From NCBI RefSeq assembly GCF_964204645.1, contig NC_134033.1, forward strand, positions 4,984,231-5,048,230: a stretch of DNA of 64,000 bases. The letters are read 5' to 3'. Source of the stretch: Tubulanus polymorphus (taxonomy: Eukaryota > Animalia > Nemertea). Under the pieces are notes generated by a model. The model was not told the origin of the DNA and searched no databases. It worked only from the letters and a program-made list of their open reading frames with translations. Positions 1-11,973 of this stretch are shown in pieces; the stretch's first letter is position 1; each line of letters starts with the position of its first letter. The translations under genes and the position numbers were made by a program.

Positions 1-1302
1 CTTTTCGGAATTCCGCTGCAACATTTAGAAAACGGAAGTTTCCGAGGTTTGACGTCACTCACTGTTTTGGATCTTAAAGGACTTTCTATATCGGTTCTTC
101 GTGAAAATGTATTTAAAGGTTTAGCCGCATTACAGTCGTTAAATATCAGCAGCAACAGAATCCATTATATTTCGAGCTTTGCTTTTTCTGGATTAGTTGG
201 ACTTGAAATTTTAGACCTCGTCAATAATTCCGAGGTAATATCCGTTGATCGAAACGTTCTTGTTGATCTTACATCATTGAAATACCTCGCTTCCGATACT
301 TACAAATTTTGCTGCATGGCACCGAATGTTGACCGATGTCTTCCCGGAGCTGATCAATTTTCGACCTGTTCTGACCTGATGGGTAACACTGCACTGAGAG
401 CCATCATCTGGATGATTGCATCTTTCAGTTTTCTCGGTAACAGTATCGTTCTTTTATTTCGAGTTCAAGGTTTGCGGATAGCATCCTCCGGAACACGTAA
501 CAAATCTTCAGATATCCTCATTGTAAATGTTGCCGGTTGTGATTTTCTGATGTCGGTCTATTTGTTTTTGATCGCAGGAGCTGACCATACGTTCAAAGGC
601 GTTTATTATCTGAATTCTGAAACCTGGACGGATAGCTCATTGTGTCGTCTCGCCGGGGTTATTGTCACCGTTTCGTGCGAAGGTTCCTTGTCTTTTCTCT
701 TAATTCTAACACGTCAGAGATATTCAAATATCGTCAACCCGTTTTCTAGAAGTCCGATTATAACTCCGAAATACGTTATCGGGATTTGCTGCATTTGTTG
801 GCTCGTTATAAGCACAGTTTCTATTCTACCGCTGTCATCGACGTCTTACTTCGGAGACAATTTTTACGGTACAACCGGAGTTTGTTTGCCTATGAATTTA
901 CTGACGATCGACGTCAATGGCTGGCTCTATTCATTCGCTATTTTTGCCTTGTTTAATACGGCTATATTGGCTATGATAATGACGACGTACGCTCAGATGT
1001 ATAGACTCGTATCTGTAAGTAGGTCGGGCTCGGGTAGAGCCGATCCTACCGAACTGGTTTTAGCTCGAAGGAGTTTAGTAATCAATCTTTGTAATTTATT
1101 TTGCTGGTTACCGATAATAATCGTTCAGTTTTGCGCCGTATTTTCGGTCGAGATACCGAACCAGGTGGCCGCTTGGCTGGCCGTTCTATTTTTACCGATC
1201 AACTCGTCTCTTAATCCGCTTCTTTATACAATACTTACTATCGATATGAAATCTATTCGTGAACGCAATAAACGACGACTTGGATTGACAGCTAGCAAAT
1301 AA
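1..1302 (+). CDS. GRL101-like leucine-rich-repeat GPCR, copy 1 (last LRRs + 7TM; 5' part outside window)
   Basis: LRR motifs (LTVLDLKG, LQSLNISSNRI), hinge YKFCC...DQFSTCSDLM, seven hydrophobic helices, FYGTTGVCLP, CWLP, PINSSLNPLLY; highly similar to 41360-42651. Confidence 0.93.
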   Translation, partial: LFGIPLQHLENGSFRGLTSLTVLDLKGLSISVLRENVFKGLAALQSLNISSNRIHYISSFAFSGLVGLEILDLVNNSEVISVDRNVLVDLTSLKYLASDTYKFCCMAPNVDRCLPGADQFSTCSDLMGNTALRAIIWMIASFSFLGNSIVLLFRVQGLRIASSGTRNKSSDILIVNVAGCDFLMSVYLFLIAGADHTFKGVYYLNSETWTDSSLCRLAGVIVTVSCEGSLSFLLILTRQRYSNIVNPFSRSPIITPKYVIGICCICWLVISTVSILPLSSTSYFGDNFYGTTGVCLPMNLLTIDVNGWLYSFAIFALFNTAILAMIMTTYAQMYRLVSVSRSGSGRADPTELVLARRSLVINLCNLFCWLPIIIVQFCAVFSVEIPNQVAAWLAVLFLPINSSLNPLLYTILTIDMKSIRERNKRRLGLTASK

Positions 1303-4300
1303 ACAATATAACGCTGCATCTATATTCGTGTAGTCACGTTCGAATCCGATCTATTGACACCGTTTCCTTTTTCCAAAACGTTACGATTCAAATTGTTCGA
1401 ATCGATTGATGTTCTAACGAGATAAAAAGTAATTCAAGTAATGCGATTTAATCGGTTTCCGAATCCCGTGTAGTTCCTGTTTATTGCTTTCACAAATAAT
1501 ATCAGATCACCTGATATCTCTACCCTTAGTGGTTTTCACATAAAATGAAAATAATTTGACATTAAAAAGTTTTATTGAAAATGAACCAGAAATTCTTCTA
1601 TTTTTTTAGAATAGTTTGATAAATTTTTGGAGTTGTTGGGAATGGAATAGAATACTACTCTGAAATTGGAGTTGGAGTCCTGTTTGAAAATGGGGGAAAA
1701 TGAGCTTTTCGACTTCGAAAATAGAAATTTATATGAATATAAACTATAATTTCAGCCGATTTTGAGAGGTTCTTTTTGATATTTTTGGTGAAGCTCTTTA
1801 AAATAGTAGAAACTACTCTAAAATAGTATTCGTTGTCAGATCTGCAAACCAAACCAAATCAGCTCGATCAAACCAATCTGAGCAAATGTATCTTTTCGGT
1901 AAACCTTAATCGTTTATGCTAAATAAATACGTCTTAGAAAACGGTCCAATCTAAACCTATACATTGACTGGTAACGATTTATGACAATTTCTTTTTCCTA
2001 CAAAAATATTGAACAAACTTCTGTTTACTTTTTTTAAACAGTTTTTTTTTATTTTTAACGTAAACAACAACTACATAATAACTAACCATAAATCATTGAT
2101 TCTGTATATCTAGTTTAAGTTCAGTAGAGCGCGGTTCATTAGTTCAAACGAAATTTACCGAATATATATTCCGTTGCTTATTTACTGCTACTTCTCGGCA
2201 TTGTTTCGTTACGGGTTCGAACCCGGAATCCGGTGATCGTGGATGGGTCCTGTTTCCCTGAACAGCAGGAAGAATGTTTATCTCATTATCAATGAAAAGT
2301 AGGTCTCCAAAAATGCATGATAGAAATAGGATATTGGTGATAGTTTGGACAGAGCCATAAAGACTGTTTAATTAGTAAGGTCAGTCGGGTCCTCAGCCAA
2401 AACGATTACGGTATATTAAGTGGAAATTACCTTTAAAAATTGCCTTTGTGTTTTAATCAGACACTAATATACTAAAAGACACTGGTTCCTCCCCTGGTTA
2501 ACTCGCCAGGTAATGGCTCATTATATATAAAACACTGAATTCATTTTGGTGACAAAAAATCAAATCGATTTGGAACCTCTTCGCGGAACTGGACCGTGAC
2601 TTTATTACGATACGATCCTCAATTCGATGCAGTTGCCCGCACGAGATATGACGGACTGACAACTTTTCTCGGAGACATTTTTTCACGTGATTGTTCAGTG
2701 CTCAACGCGCATTGTTGCTCGTTTAAAATCCATGCTTATTATAACGATGGTAGATTATGAAGGTACAATCTGAGGTTCGAGCAAAGATAATGCAGGTAAA
2801 CCGTCGACCTGGGTACAACAATATTGTAGCCTCGGTCAGTGATAACATCATAATTCGATTTTCCAATAATGTGCTTACACTGGAAGTCCATATTTGTCGA
2901 TGTCTTCAATGAATGAAATAGATATTTTAAACAGAAATGTACGAAGTGTATTAGCTCAATCTACGGGCTTTGCTTAATGCTCTTTAGCTCATCGCACATT
3001 TTCGGTTTTTGCCAAGGGCAACGTCCTCTTTTTACGAACTAGCGCTTTGCGATAAACCACAATCCAGTCTCAGGAGAACTCAACACAGCTGCTGCGCTGT
3101 GTCGTAATCAATAATTTGATTTTAACAATGATGGATCTTCCTTTTATTAGACTTAAGGTTGGAAATTGGTGACCTCTTGTCATAATCAGTAAAAATGTTA
3201 GTAAAACTCGTGACAGTGACCAATAATCATAAATTAAAGCATTTCTTGATTCTGACGTTAGTTTTTTTATTTGCTTCACAAATTATCGGGCAAACTTTTC
3301 AATATCATGTTGCCACACGTACGTAGCATACATGCTTTACAAGCAACATTATCCAGCAAGGGAAGGGCAACAACTCTGGTCTAAAGAGAAAAACCAATAG
3401 GTTCCCCATTGGCTGTTATACAAGCATTTAATTCCTCTCTTTTGAAAGTGACCTTCTGAAAAAAAAATACGAAGCGTTAAATGGAATTGACAACTGTATG
3501 AACAAGGATTTAATCCGCGTGAACCCGATGATTTTCAAGAATTACCTTCATTTGCGGCGGTAATTGCTCCAATGACCATAAACAAGGCCAAGGCGATGAA
3601 CAGAGTTTTAGTGAACACATTGAAATACGGTACAGTGTTACATAAGATAAAAAGAGTAACAAAATCATAGTTCCTGTGATGAAATACGGGATCAGTCAAA
3701 TTGAGTGAACTAAAACCCCTGATATTCGAACTCAAGAACTGGGACCACAAACAATTATGGAAGAACTGGATCCGCAGTCAAAAAGCCGATTCAAATGGAG
3801 TGGATCAGAATCGGCAAAAATTACACTACTTGTGAAATTGTGAATTAACGATCCGAAAGTGAAAATTCAAACTCCACACAGTAGCTGCCTTATGTGGTAA
3901 TGTATTTTTTTCTTACAACGGGGATCTACCTTTTAGGGCCCTCTTGGTTTACCCCTGACTTAAGATAATTCGCGATTCTGACGATTAGGATCATAAATGG
4001 AGTATACGATATTTCAATGAAAAAGCAATATGTATCCGACATTAGACTGAGCAGATTATTTCGGACTGATATTATTAATCGCCGTTACTTATTCAAATAT
4101 CCCTAAATGAGATTTCAGAAAACTATTAATAATCCTATACAATGCATGATTTTGACCAATCATTAGCCGTCGTTTAGTGATATCAGATTATGGACGGATT
4201 ATATAATCAACTACTCGGCGTCAACCATTAATACGGATTATATTTCATAGGCCGATAATTTGATAGATATTATTTATGCATTCGACTAAGCAGCTGATTA

Positions 4301-4429
4301 TTCTAGACTGATATCACCAATCACACTTTATATAACAAGTCATACTTTATATAACATATCGCACTATCCACAGGTCTATATATTGTTTGATATGAACGAT
4401 TTCCACAAGGCGACTAATCTCGAGTTGAA

Positions 4430-5310
4430 AGGCCTTCCCAAATAAAAAGGGAATTTCTTTTTAGTTCCCTTTTTAGTCCTAATTCCTGCAATATGAATAT
4501 AAACACAGAATACACTTCTCCATAACCAAAAACAACTGATTCGCGTCTACAATACAGTAAAAATGACATTTATTAGTTCACATAAAACAGAATCTTACAT
4601 ACAAAATCAAGAGCTTTGAGTCCTGAGACTCAATCAATCGGGTTACATGATTCCAGTTTTGTAGTTAATACAAGACATTGAGTCTCAGGACGCATTTTCA
4701 AAAATTAGTTCGAGGTATTATTTGTATCGGGTCTTAAAACATGCATTTTAGGAATTGCAATATTGATATGATAAGAAATTAGAATCGAGTCTTGAGACTC
4801 ATTTTTGTATCTACTTTTCTAAATTGCGTCCTAGGACTCATTCATCGTTAGAGTCGAGTCTTGAGACTCATTTTACTAAATTGCGTCCTAGGACTCATTC
4901 TAAAACGTTCACTGGTTTGAATCGTTAGATTCGAGTCTTGAGACTCATTTTAGTATCTGCTTTTCTAAATTGCGTCCTAGGACTCATTCATCTATTGATT
5001 CGAGTCTTAAGACTCATTTCAGTATCTGCTTTGCTAAATTGCGTCCTAGGACTCATTCATCGTTAGATCCGAGTCTTAAGACTCATTTTAGTATCTACTT
5101 TTCTAAATTGCGTCCTAGGACTCATTCATCGTTAGATTCGAGTATTGAGACTCATTTTAGTATCTGATTTACTAAATTGCGTCCTAGGACTCATTCATCG
5201 TTAGATGCGAGTCTTGAGACTCATTTTACTAAATTGCGTCCTAGGACTCTAACGTTCTAAAACGATCACTTAATGAATCATTCGATTCCAGTATTGAAAC
5301 TCATTTTAGT
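4430..5310 (+). repeat. Left terminal inverted repeat with subterminal 69-bp tandem array of 14-bp palindromes
   Basis: Alternating GAGTCTT(A/G)AGACTC and GCGTCCTAGGACTC boxes; 69-bp period seen at 5002, 5071, 5140, 5209. Confidence 0.92.
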
Positions 5311-6419
5311 ATTTTCTGCACCAGATTTCAGGACGCATTTTAAAACGTTCATTCAAGATTAGTAATTTTGATAGGAGGATTTGAGTCCTCAGCTCATTTG
5401 AGCCGCGGATGAAAAAACAGTTGAAAAAGCCACCATGGTTTATGGAATACATGTATGATAGATAATCAGGCTTAATAGATACTTTTAAAACTGAGAATTG
5501 GATATCCAAAAACAGCAGATCTTCTGGTGAAAGTACTTTACAAACTTCTATACGACAATAATGCTAATCGTGGGCTATCATAAGTCTATCATAAGCTAGG
5601 CCACAAAGGAAACCATCATGGGTCGTTATCGGAAAAGGACAATATACAAACACACAAAATTGCAATATACAATCAAAAATCGATAAGGGATTAAAATTAA
5701 AGAAAAACATTACGGACAAGCCCATTGTAAGTAAACTACCCAAATCCAAATATAGAAACAATTCAATCAAGCGCACATAATTAAACAAAAATGAATGAGA
5801 CATTGATGTGCTCCTTATACACTACAGTAAACCTTGTATATTACGATTCCAGAAAATATATATATATATATGTCATATCCAAAATACGGTGTACGGATTT
5901 ACCGATGAAGTTTCAATGCTAGTATAGTGGAATTAATATCTGAATGTATACTTTAAAACAAGAGAATATCCATAGGGTGTACATGAATAATGCTTATGAC
6001 GTCAACAGCAATATCTTATTTCACCTTTTCAATTTTTATCTACGATTTGTCTCAAAAAGTGGTTTTAAAACTTCCCGATAAGAGGCAGAACAGTAGTATT
6101 AAAACCGATCATGAAATCTTAGCTCCTTACAGCAGCTTTCCTTTTTCCGATACGTTTCGACGACAATTTAGTTGATTTGGCTTACTGGGACCAAATTAAT
6201 CATGCAGTGATATGTTATATAAGATACGGTCTATTCGATGATTTCGCAAAGGTTTGATAGACGGAAAATTCAGGACTAAAAATAAAACGTATAAATGAGC
6301 TAACACCGACAGCTGTTGTGTGGTAGTTAGCAGTCAGAAAGCCGTCATAATATAGTTTGCCGAGACATGTAATATAAGCAAAACAATTCGACAATATAAA
6401 TTAATTTAGAAATCGAAAA

Positions 6420-9400
6420 TCAAAAATCGAGTCTAGTAGTGAGGGCAGCCACTATCCACGAACTATTGACTCCGTTTATTTTCTTTCCGTCAACGACACT
6501 GGCGCCGGGAACCACGAAAAGGACTTGTTTGAGTTCCTGCCGATCGTGAACGTCTAAATTTGATAACGAGTCATCATCGAGTACGATAGATCCTGATAAT
6601 TTCCTGACCGGCCTTCTACAACTAATTAATTGTTTTTTGGATACCGCGGCCACGTAAATTCCGTAATTTTCCCAATCAACGAGAACTACGTCTCCGTCGA
6701 CGACCTGGATATTCTTAGCTCCCTCGCCTGTAATATAACATACATAAACGGGTTTTAGTGTAGAACACATTCGTTTATGTTTTCATTCTAAATGAGTAAA
6801 AAACCGCAGTCGAAACGCTCTGCGGACAAAACATTACGAGGTTTATCCCTAGTTTGTCAAAAGTTAGCAGTTAAAAGTGACTTCGAATCGGGATAAAGCT
6901 GGATTTGTTGTTATGTGTGCGCAGGACGCTTTCGTAGAATGAGCGTATTGTATCCAATGTATTCACTCTAGTGTTAACACGATGACATACCCGGTTTGAC
7001 GAGAAGATTTTCACCAACGTCTGGGCAAACGACGTTAATATCCAAGCCAGGAACAGCCTTTTGAAAACCCTTTGACGACGGAAATTTCATTATTTGAAAT
7101 CGCTTACCTTCTGTCTTTTCGGTCGCCTTTCATAGGTAGCGCCTGTGGTTACTGCTGGTCGCTTCTAAAAATAAATATTCATAATTAACACTGAATTGCG
7201 TGTACCGGTGTATTATTCTTCATTGGGTTCATTTGTAGCGGTTCAATAAACCACTGGAAGATATTCAGTACAGAGACTTTGATCTTAGCCAATAGGCCGA
7301 GAAGCGACTACGATTACGATTACGATTACGATTACGATTACGATTTATTTACACTCCAACCATTTCCATGGTATATGGAGGAAAACTATTACACATGTAT
7401 ATACAAATATTTACAAAACAACACTGAAGTGATTAAAATTTAGAGAATGAAAACGTAACGAAATATATATATACATCAACTATTTACAATACTATATATA
7501 CTATTATATACATCAACTATTTACAATACTATATATACTATTGGAGGGATCTATATACATCTAAGCCGGTCTTAATGAATTTAGCTAAGTTGACCGTTGG
7601 GTTTTTCAGAATATCAAGGGTATTTAAGGTGTTCAAATTCAAAAAGTTTTTGCGTTGTTCGTTAAGTAAGGTACAGTCAAAGAGAAAATGGGATTCGTCA
7701 CCTAAAGTATTACAAGTGGGGCATATTCTATCGGCTCTGTCTGCGACTCAAACCGGTACGTAGCGCCGCCTGGATATTTTGCGTTAAACTAAAGCGTATT
7801 CTGTTTCGCACATAAACCATGCTATACCGGGTACTGTGAATATAACAAAAAGATGAATAATTTACCTGCAGCTGGGTTTGTAGTTCGTTTATTTTAGCCT
7901 CGAGGCACTCCTTTTCTTTCTGAATAAAAATGAAATGATTGTTTTTAGTTCCATGCAGTTCAAATGTATCAGATAACTAAGCCTACACATTCGGTTTAAA
8001 TGCCTACCTCCAATACTGATATTGTATGGTCACTGTTCTTGAGTTTTAACAGCGTCTCTGAATTCACATCCTACAATTGAACGACGAATGCACGCATTAA
8101 CAGCATAATCGTATATTCTATTTAACGGAATATCAACTCGGGATAAACGTACCTTCTGTTGTTTCAGTTTTGCCTTCAAATCACTGACCGCCGATCTTAG
8201 TTCGTTGTTTTTCTCCTGGAATATAAAGAAATGAAATCTCCTTAACTACATAATAGATATACAGGCTCTAATAGGCTGATGCTTAATTATATAATTTAGT
8301 CTAAAATTATTACATTTCCGATTCTAAAAATTATATACCTTTATTTTGACAAGATTTTCATTTAATACAACATTTCTTTCTGTGTTCGTGACCTATAATT
8401 AGAAATATTATCACGTTATCATAATCAACGACCTAACAGTGGGTATTAAATGGAAAAACTGTTGGAATATGCGACAATTACCTTTTCAGTCAAAGCTCGA
8501 TGATTGGATGGTGCTGTCGTTTCATCATCTTTTTGTTGGTTTTCATTGATGTTCTAGAGCAAACAAACACTAGATTTAATTAATCGAATTTGACGCATGA
8601 AAGATATGAATAGGACGGTCTCTCGGTGTTTCATGTTAAGGTAACGTTTTTTTGTCATAATTACCTGATTTTCGTTAACACTTTCCTCCTCCGTCTCATC
8701 TACTGACATATTGTTTTTTCCCGATATTTCGTTCCTATCGATATCGGATTAAGAGAGTAGAAAACATCAATTTTTGCACGTGCATTAAGGAAAATTATAA
8801 AATGATTTCGAGTGCCAATTTTATTCACCGAATATCGTTCTTTTACTTACGCGCAAATTTCCAAGGCAGTGGATAAATCCATCGCCCTCTAGCCATATCG
8901 ACGAACACAGCCCGTAACTTGTTGCCTGATTTGACACGGAAAAATTTCCGTGCCACATGTCGAGTAAGCGGCCCTTTGTTGTTTTTAACATTCGCCCAGT
9001 TCTGGTTTAGATTAGTCCAAGCGTCAAATGTTGGTTTGTCCAATTGGGCGAAAAATATCGCGATATTCATTTTGTTGTTTAGTGCTTTTCTCTGAAATAA
9101 TCATCAACAATTATGTGCAGATATTTCATTTCTGAAACTGGAAGAACAACAGCAAAGAGAAAACAACTCACATTCAACTGATACACTGTTTCGAGCCCTT
9201 TTTTCCATCGATTAACGATTTCGGGATCGTTCGGAGTGTCACCCTCCAGGTCAGTCCTGCCAGCGTGGTGATACAGGCATCGCCGACAGGTTAACACCTG
9301 ATCCGCGAATGTAGCTGGCAGGTATTTCTCGTGCACGGCGTTGTGTTGAATAGCTAACATCCTCGCCATGTCGTCCGGGAGGTCCGACGAATAGGTGTGT

Positions 9401-11973
9401 ACCATCGCTGAACCATAATGATTCGGATCAGCACCTGCAAAGATTCGGATCAATTCTAATTGATCAATGCTAATGTCGGGCTTGTTTTAAAGTAAATGAA
9501 TGACTTAATTTCAAATCGCGTGTAATGCAACACGAAGTTAGACAATATCGGTTCCTAGGAATGCTGCATTTGTTCTTTTAAACAAATGTAGTACAATTCT
9601 GTGACGCACCTTCAATCAAAAGCTCATGTAGCGCGATTCTGGTGTGGTTTCCACCCAATATTTCGATAACATTTTTTTCTAACGGAGAGATAATGGGCCC
9701 TGTAGCACGACCTACGAGGGACATAAAGTTTGATGCAGGGCGTGCCAGCATCTCAGATTTCAAACTGTCCACGTGTTTCCGATCCACACATCGCACCTGG
9801 AGTGGCCACGACGGAGCTTTTAGCTTTTCGGTCGCTATTCTGTATGTACCTACGGAAAGAAAAATAGTTATCATTTCACATGTTTTTCACTCTTTCTTTT
9901 CATTTTTTGGATGTTTAAAAACTCGATATGAAAGTTTTACAAATTTGTCAGATTGAACTGTGACCCATGGGTAATTGTAAACATTATGCACGACTGATTC
10001 TTTTGGGATGACCATAGTCTCATTTTCTTTATGGTAGCTAGCCTTATCTATTAAAGCCAGGGTGATGCATGATGCATCGGAAATTAGACACTGATAACGA
10101 AAACGATTTGAAAATCAGCTCACCTTGTCTGAAGCGTATGACCTGTTTTTGAAGCATATCTATACAGGAAAGAAAGGGGATAAATTAAATTGATATAATT
10201 GAATAATCTGTTCGAAGCGATTATGAAATGCAAGATGTAATCTGGTCGACTTACCTGAACAAACCGATGAAGATCTGTTTTCAGTACATGTATTTTCAAT
10301 TTGTTGTACATGCATTTCTGTAAATATACCACGAATGGAAATATATAATTATAGTTCTCTAAGTGTCACCATAACTTAACTCATTAATGTTGAATCTAAT
10401 TCGATTCTTACTTGATAATCAAATTTTTTCTTCCAATTTTGTATTACTTCAGAAATGAGGAAATTGACGTAATATGTTTTCAGCAAATTATATGGCATGT
10501 TGTTTTTGTCTGTGAATTTCTTTATTTCCCGAAAGTAATTAAGTGAAAGTAACACATGAAGACCTACCATCACGACATTTTAACAATTCCGATGGTTCAA
10601 GGGATTTTACTTCATCACAACCTACAAGAGATGAGATTTGTAAATTGTTAAGTCTCAATGAATTCTGATAGCAACTCGTAGTGTCCGGAGTTGTTGTAAC
10701 ATTGAATTAAATACGTTCCTGTTTGATTGATGGATGATTAACACTTTGTTTTCGATATGATCTCGAAAAGTCGCTCGAAAATATAGAACAAAACAAGAAT
10801 GGAATTTGATAAAAATGTAACACTTCACTCAATTCAGATATGATCAACTCGGATATCTTATCACATCTCAATTTGACGTCACTCAAGTTGGACACATGTC
10901 TACCACCACTTAAGGTCGGAAAGTATAATCAGGGAAGTGTGACACACTTCCCTGGTATAATCAACTACTAGAGAGCATTCTACTGTATTCTAAGTCATAT
11001 AATGAACTCAAACCACTCGAATCACTCTTGGAGAATAACAAACATATCACCAGCGGAGGTGTGGAAGAGACCTCACTTATTTCACAAAGGCAAAATTGGT
11101 GTTATTTTTACACTCTAATACAGCTCGGAATAATGATATCTTAAACAATACATACCATTAGTTGAATCACCGAGGGCAGTGTTTAAGTGGAGTCCATGGA
11201 AAGGATCTTGTTCTAAATAGAAATAATACATTTCAAATTAAGAATTTATTTCAATGATTATATTAATAATGACATTTTTTATAATTTGTATAATAATTCA
11301 AGTCGCGGCATGTAATTCCATGCGATTATTGACCTATGTAATTCCAGCATTTATTTCGATATAGAACAACCCGGGGCTGATGTTATGGGCGGATTCATTT
11401 TAAAAAAGGGCCTTGCGAAAATTAAAGCAATAGGGTATGGGCGGCCATCCCCGCCAAACAGAAGTTTAGGTCATCACGTGAAGGATAAACTCAAAAATTG
11501 AAGTATAATGTAGTATCGTGGGGGATAAACTCATAACGTGACAGATCAACTCAGCTACCTTCCCTTTGAGCCAAAATGTAATGTGATGGCCGATCCAGTA
11601 CGAAGTAACATTTCAAAACATCTACTGTTAACGAAAAATTCCCCGAACTCTTGAGTCGGTATTCGATAGAATTAGAACAGAGAATAGGCGGAGTCTACTG
11701 TAGGCAATGACGTGCATTCTGAGCGTACTTTTGCAATGTAATATAGACAAATAATTCGCAATCAAAATTCATGGATCCAGCAAACTACTTGTTATAAATG
11801 TTTATAATAAGTAGCTTGAAAAATTCCACCCCTTTCATGTTTTCATTAAATGCTTACTCGGAGAGTTCTTCTGGGTGTCAATAATGAAACCTCACCATTG
11901 AATGTATAGATGTCGTTCGTTTCAAAAGTGTCATCAGAAGTACTTTTTTCATGGCGTATTGGACTTTTATTAC
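6420..11973 (-). CDS. Multi-exon transposon cargo gene: ParB/Srx-like domain + coiled coil + bipartite NLS + Tudor/SH3-like C-terminus
   Basis: Exon ~9610-9849: GTYRIATEKLKAPSWPLQVRCVDRKHVDSLKSEM...IEILGGNHTRIALHELL. Exon ~9172-9434: DDMARMLAIQHNAVHEKYLPATFADQVLTCRR. Phase-0 microexons with GT/AG ends at about 8482-8553, 8339-8392, 8153-8215, 8008-8070, 7866-7919 and 7108-7164 (KRPAVTTGATYERRPKRQK). Last exon 6420-6727: VVDGDVVLVDWENYGIYVAAV. Upstream exons at 10.1-12.0 kb and two exon joins are less certain. Confidence 0.72.
7276..7307 (-). pseudogene. 5' fragment (~32 nt) of U2 snRNA
   Basis: Minus strand reads TCGCTTCTCGGCCTATTGGCTAAGATCAAAGT, matching the conserved U2 5' end (AUCGCUUCUCGGCCUUUUGGCUAAGAUCAA...). 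Confidence 0.85.
7308..7762 (-). mobile_element. 5'-truncated non-LTR retrotransposon 3' end (RTE-X-like) with (TCGTAA)n tail
   Basis: Minus strand encodes ADRICPTCNTLGDESHFLFDCTLLNEQRKNFL...LAKFIK (C-terminal zinc knuckle of LINE ORF2), then AATAAA and a hexanucleotide tail at 7308-7343. Confidence 0.75.

Noticed and set aside
2214-2226. GGTTCGAACCC B-box suggesting a tRNA or SINE
   Set aside because: No cloverleaf or correctly spaced A-box recognisable.
4970-5167. Repetitive 65-aa ORF
   Set aside because: By-product of the 69-bp TIR repeat unit.
4780-5310. CRISPR-like array of palindromic repeats
   Set aside because: Spacers are themselves repeated, there are no cas genes, the context is eukaryotic, and the array is mirrored at 32.5-33.0 kb as part of a TIR.
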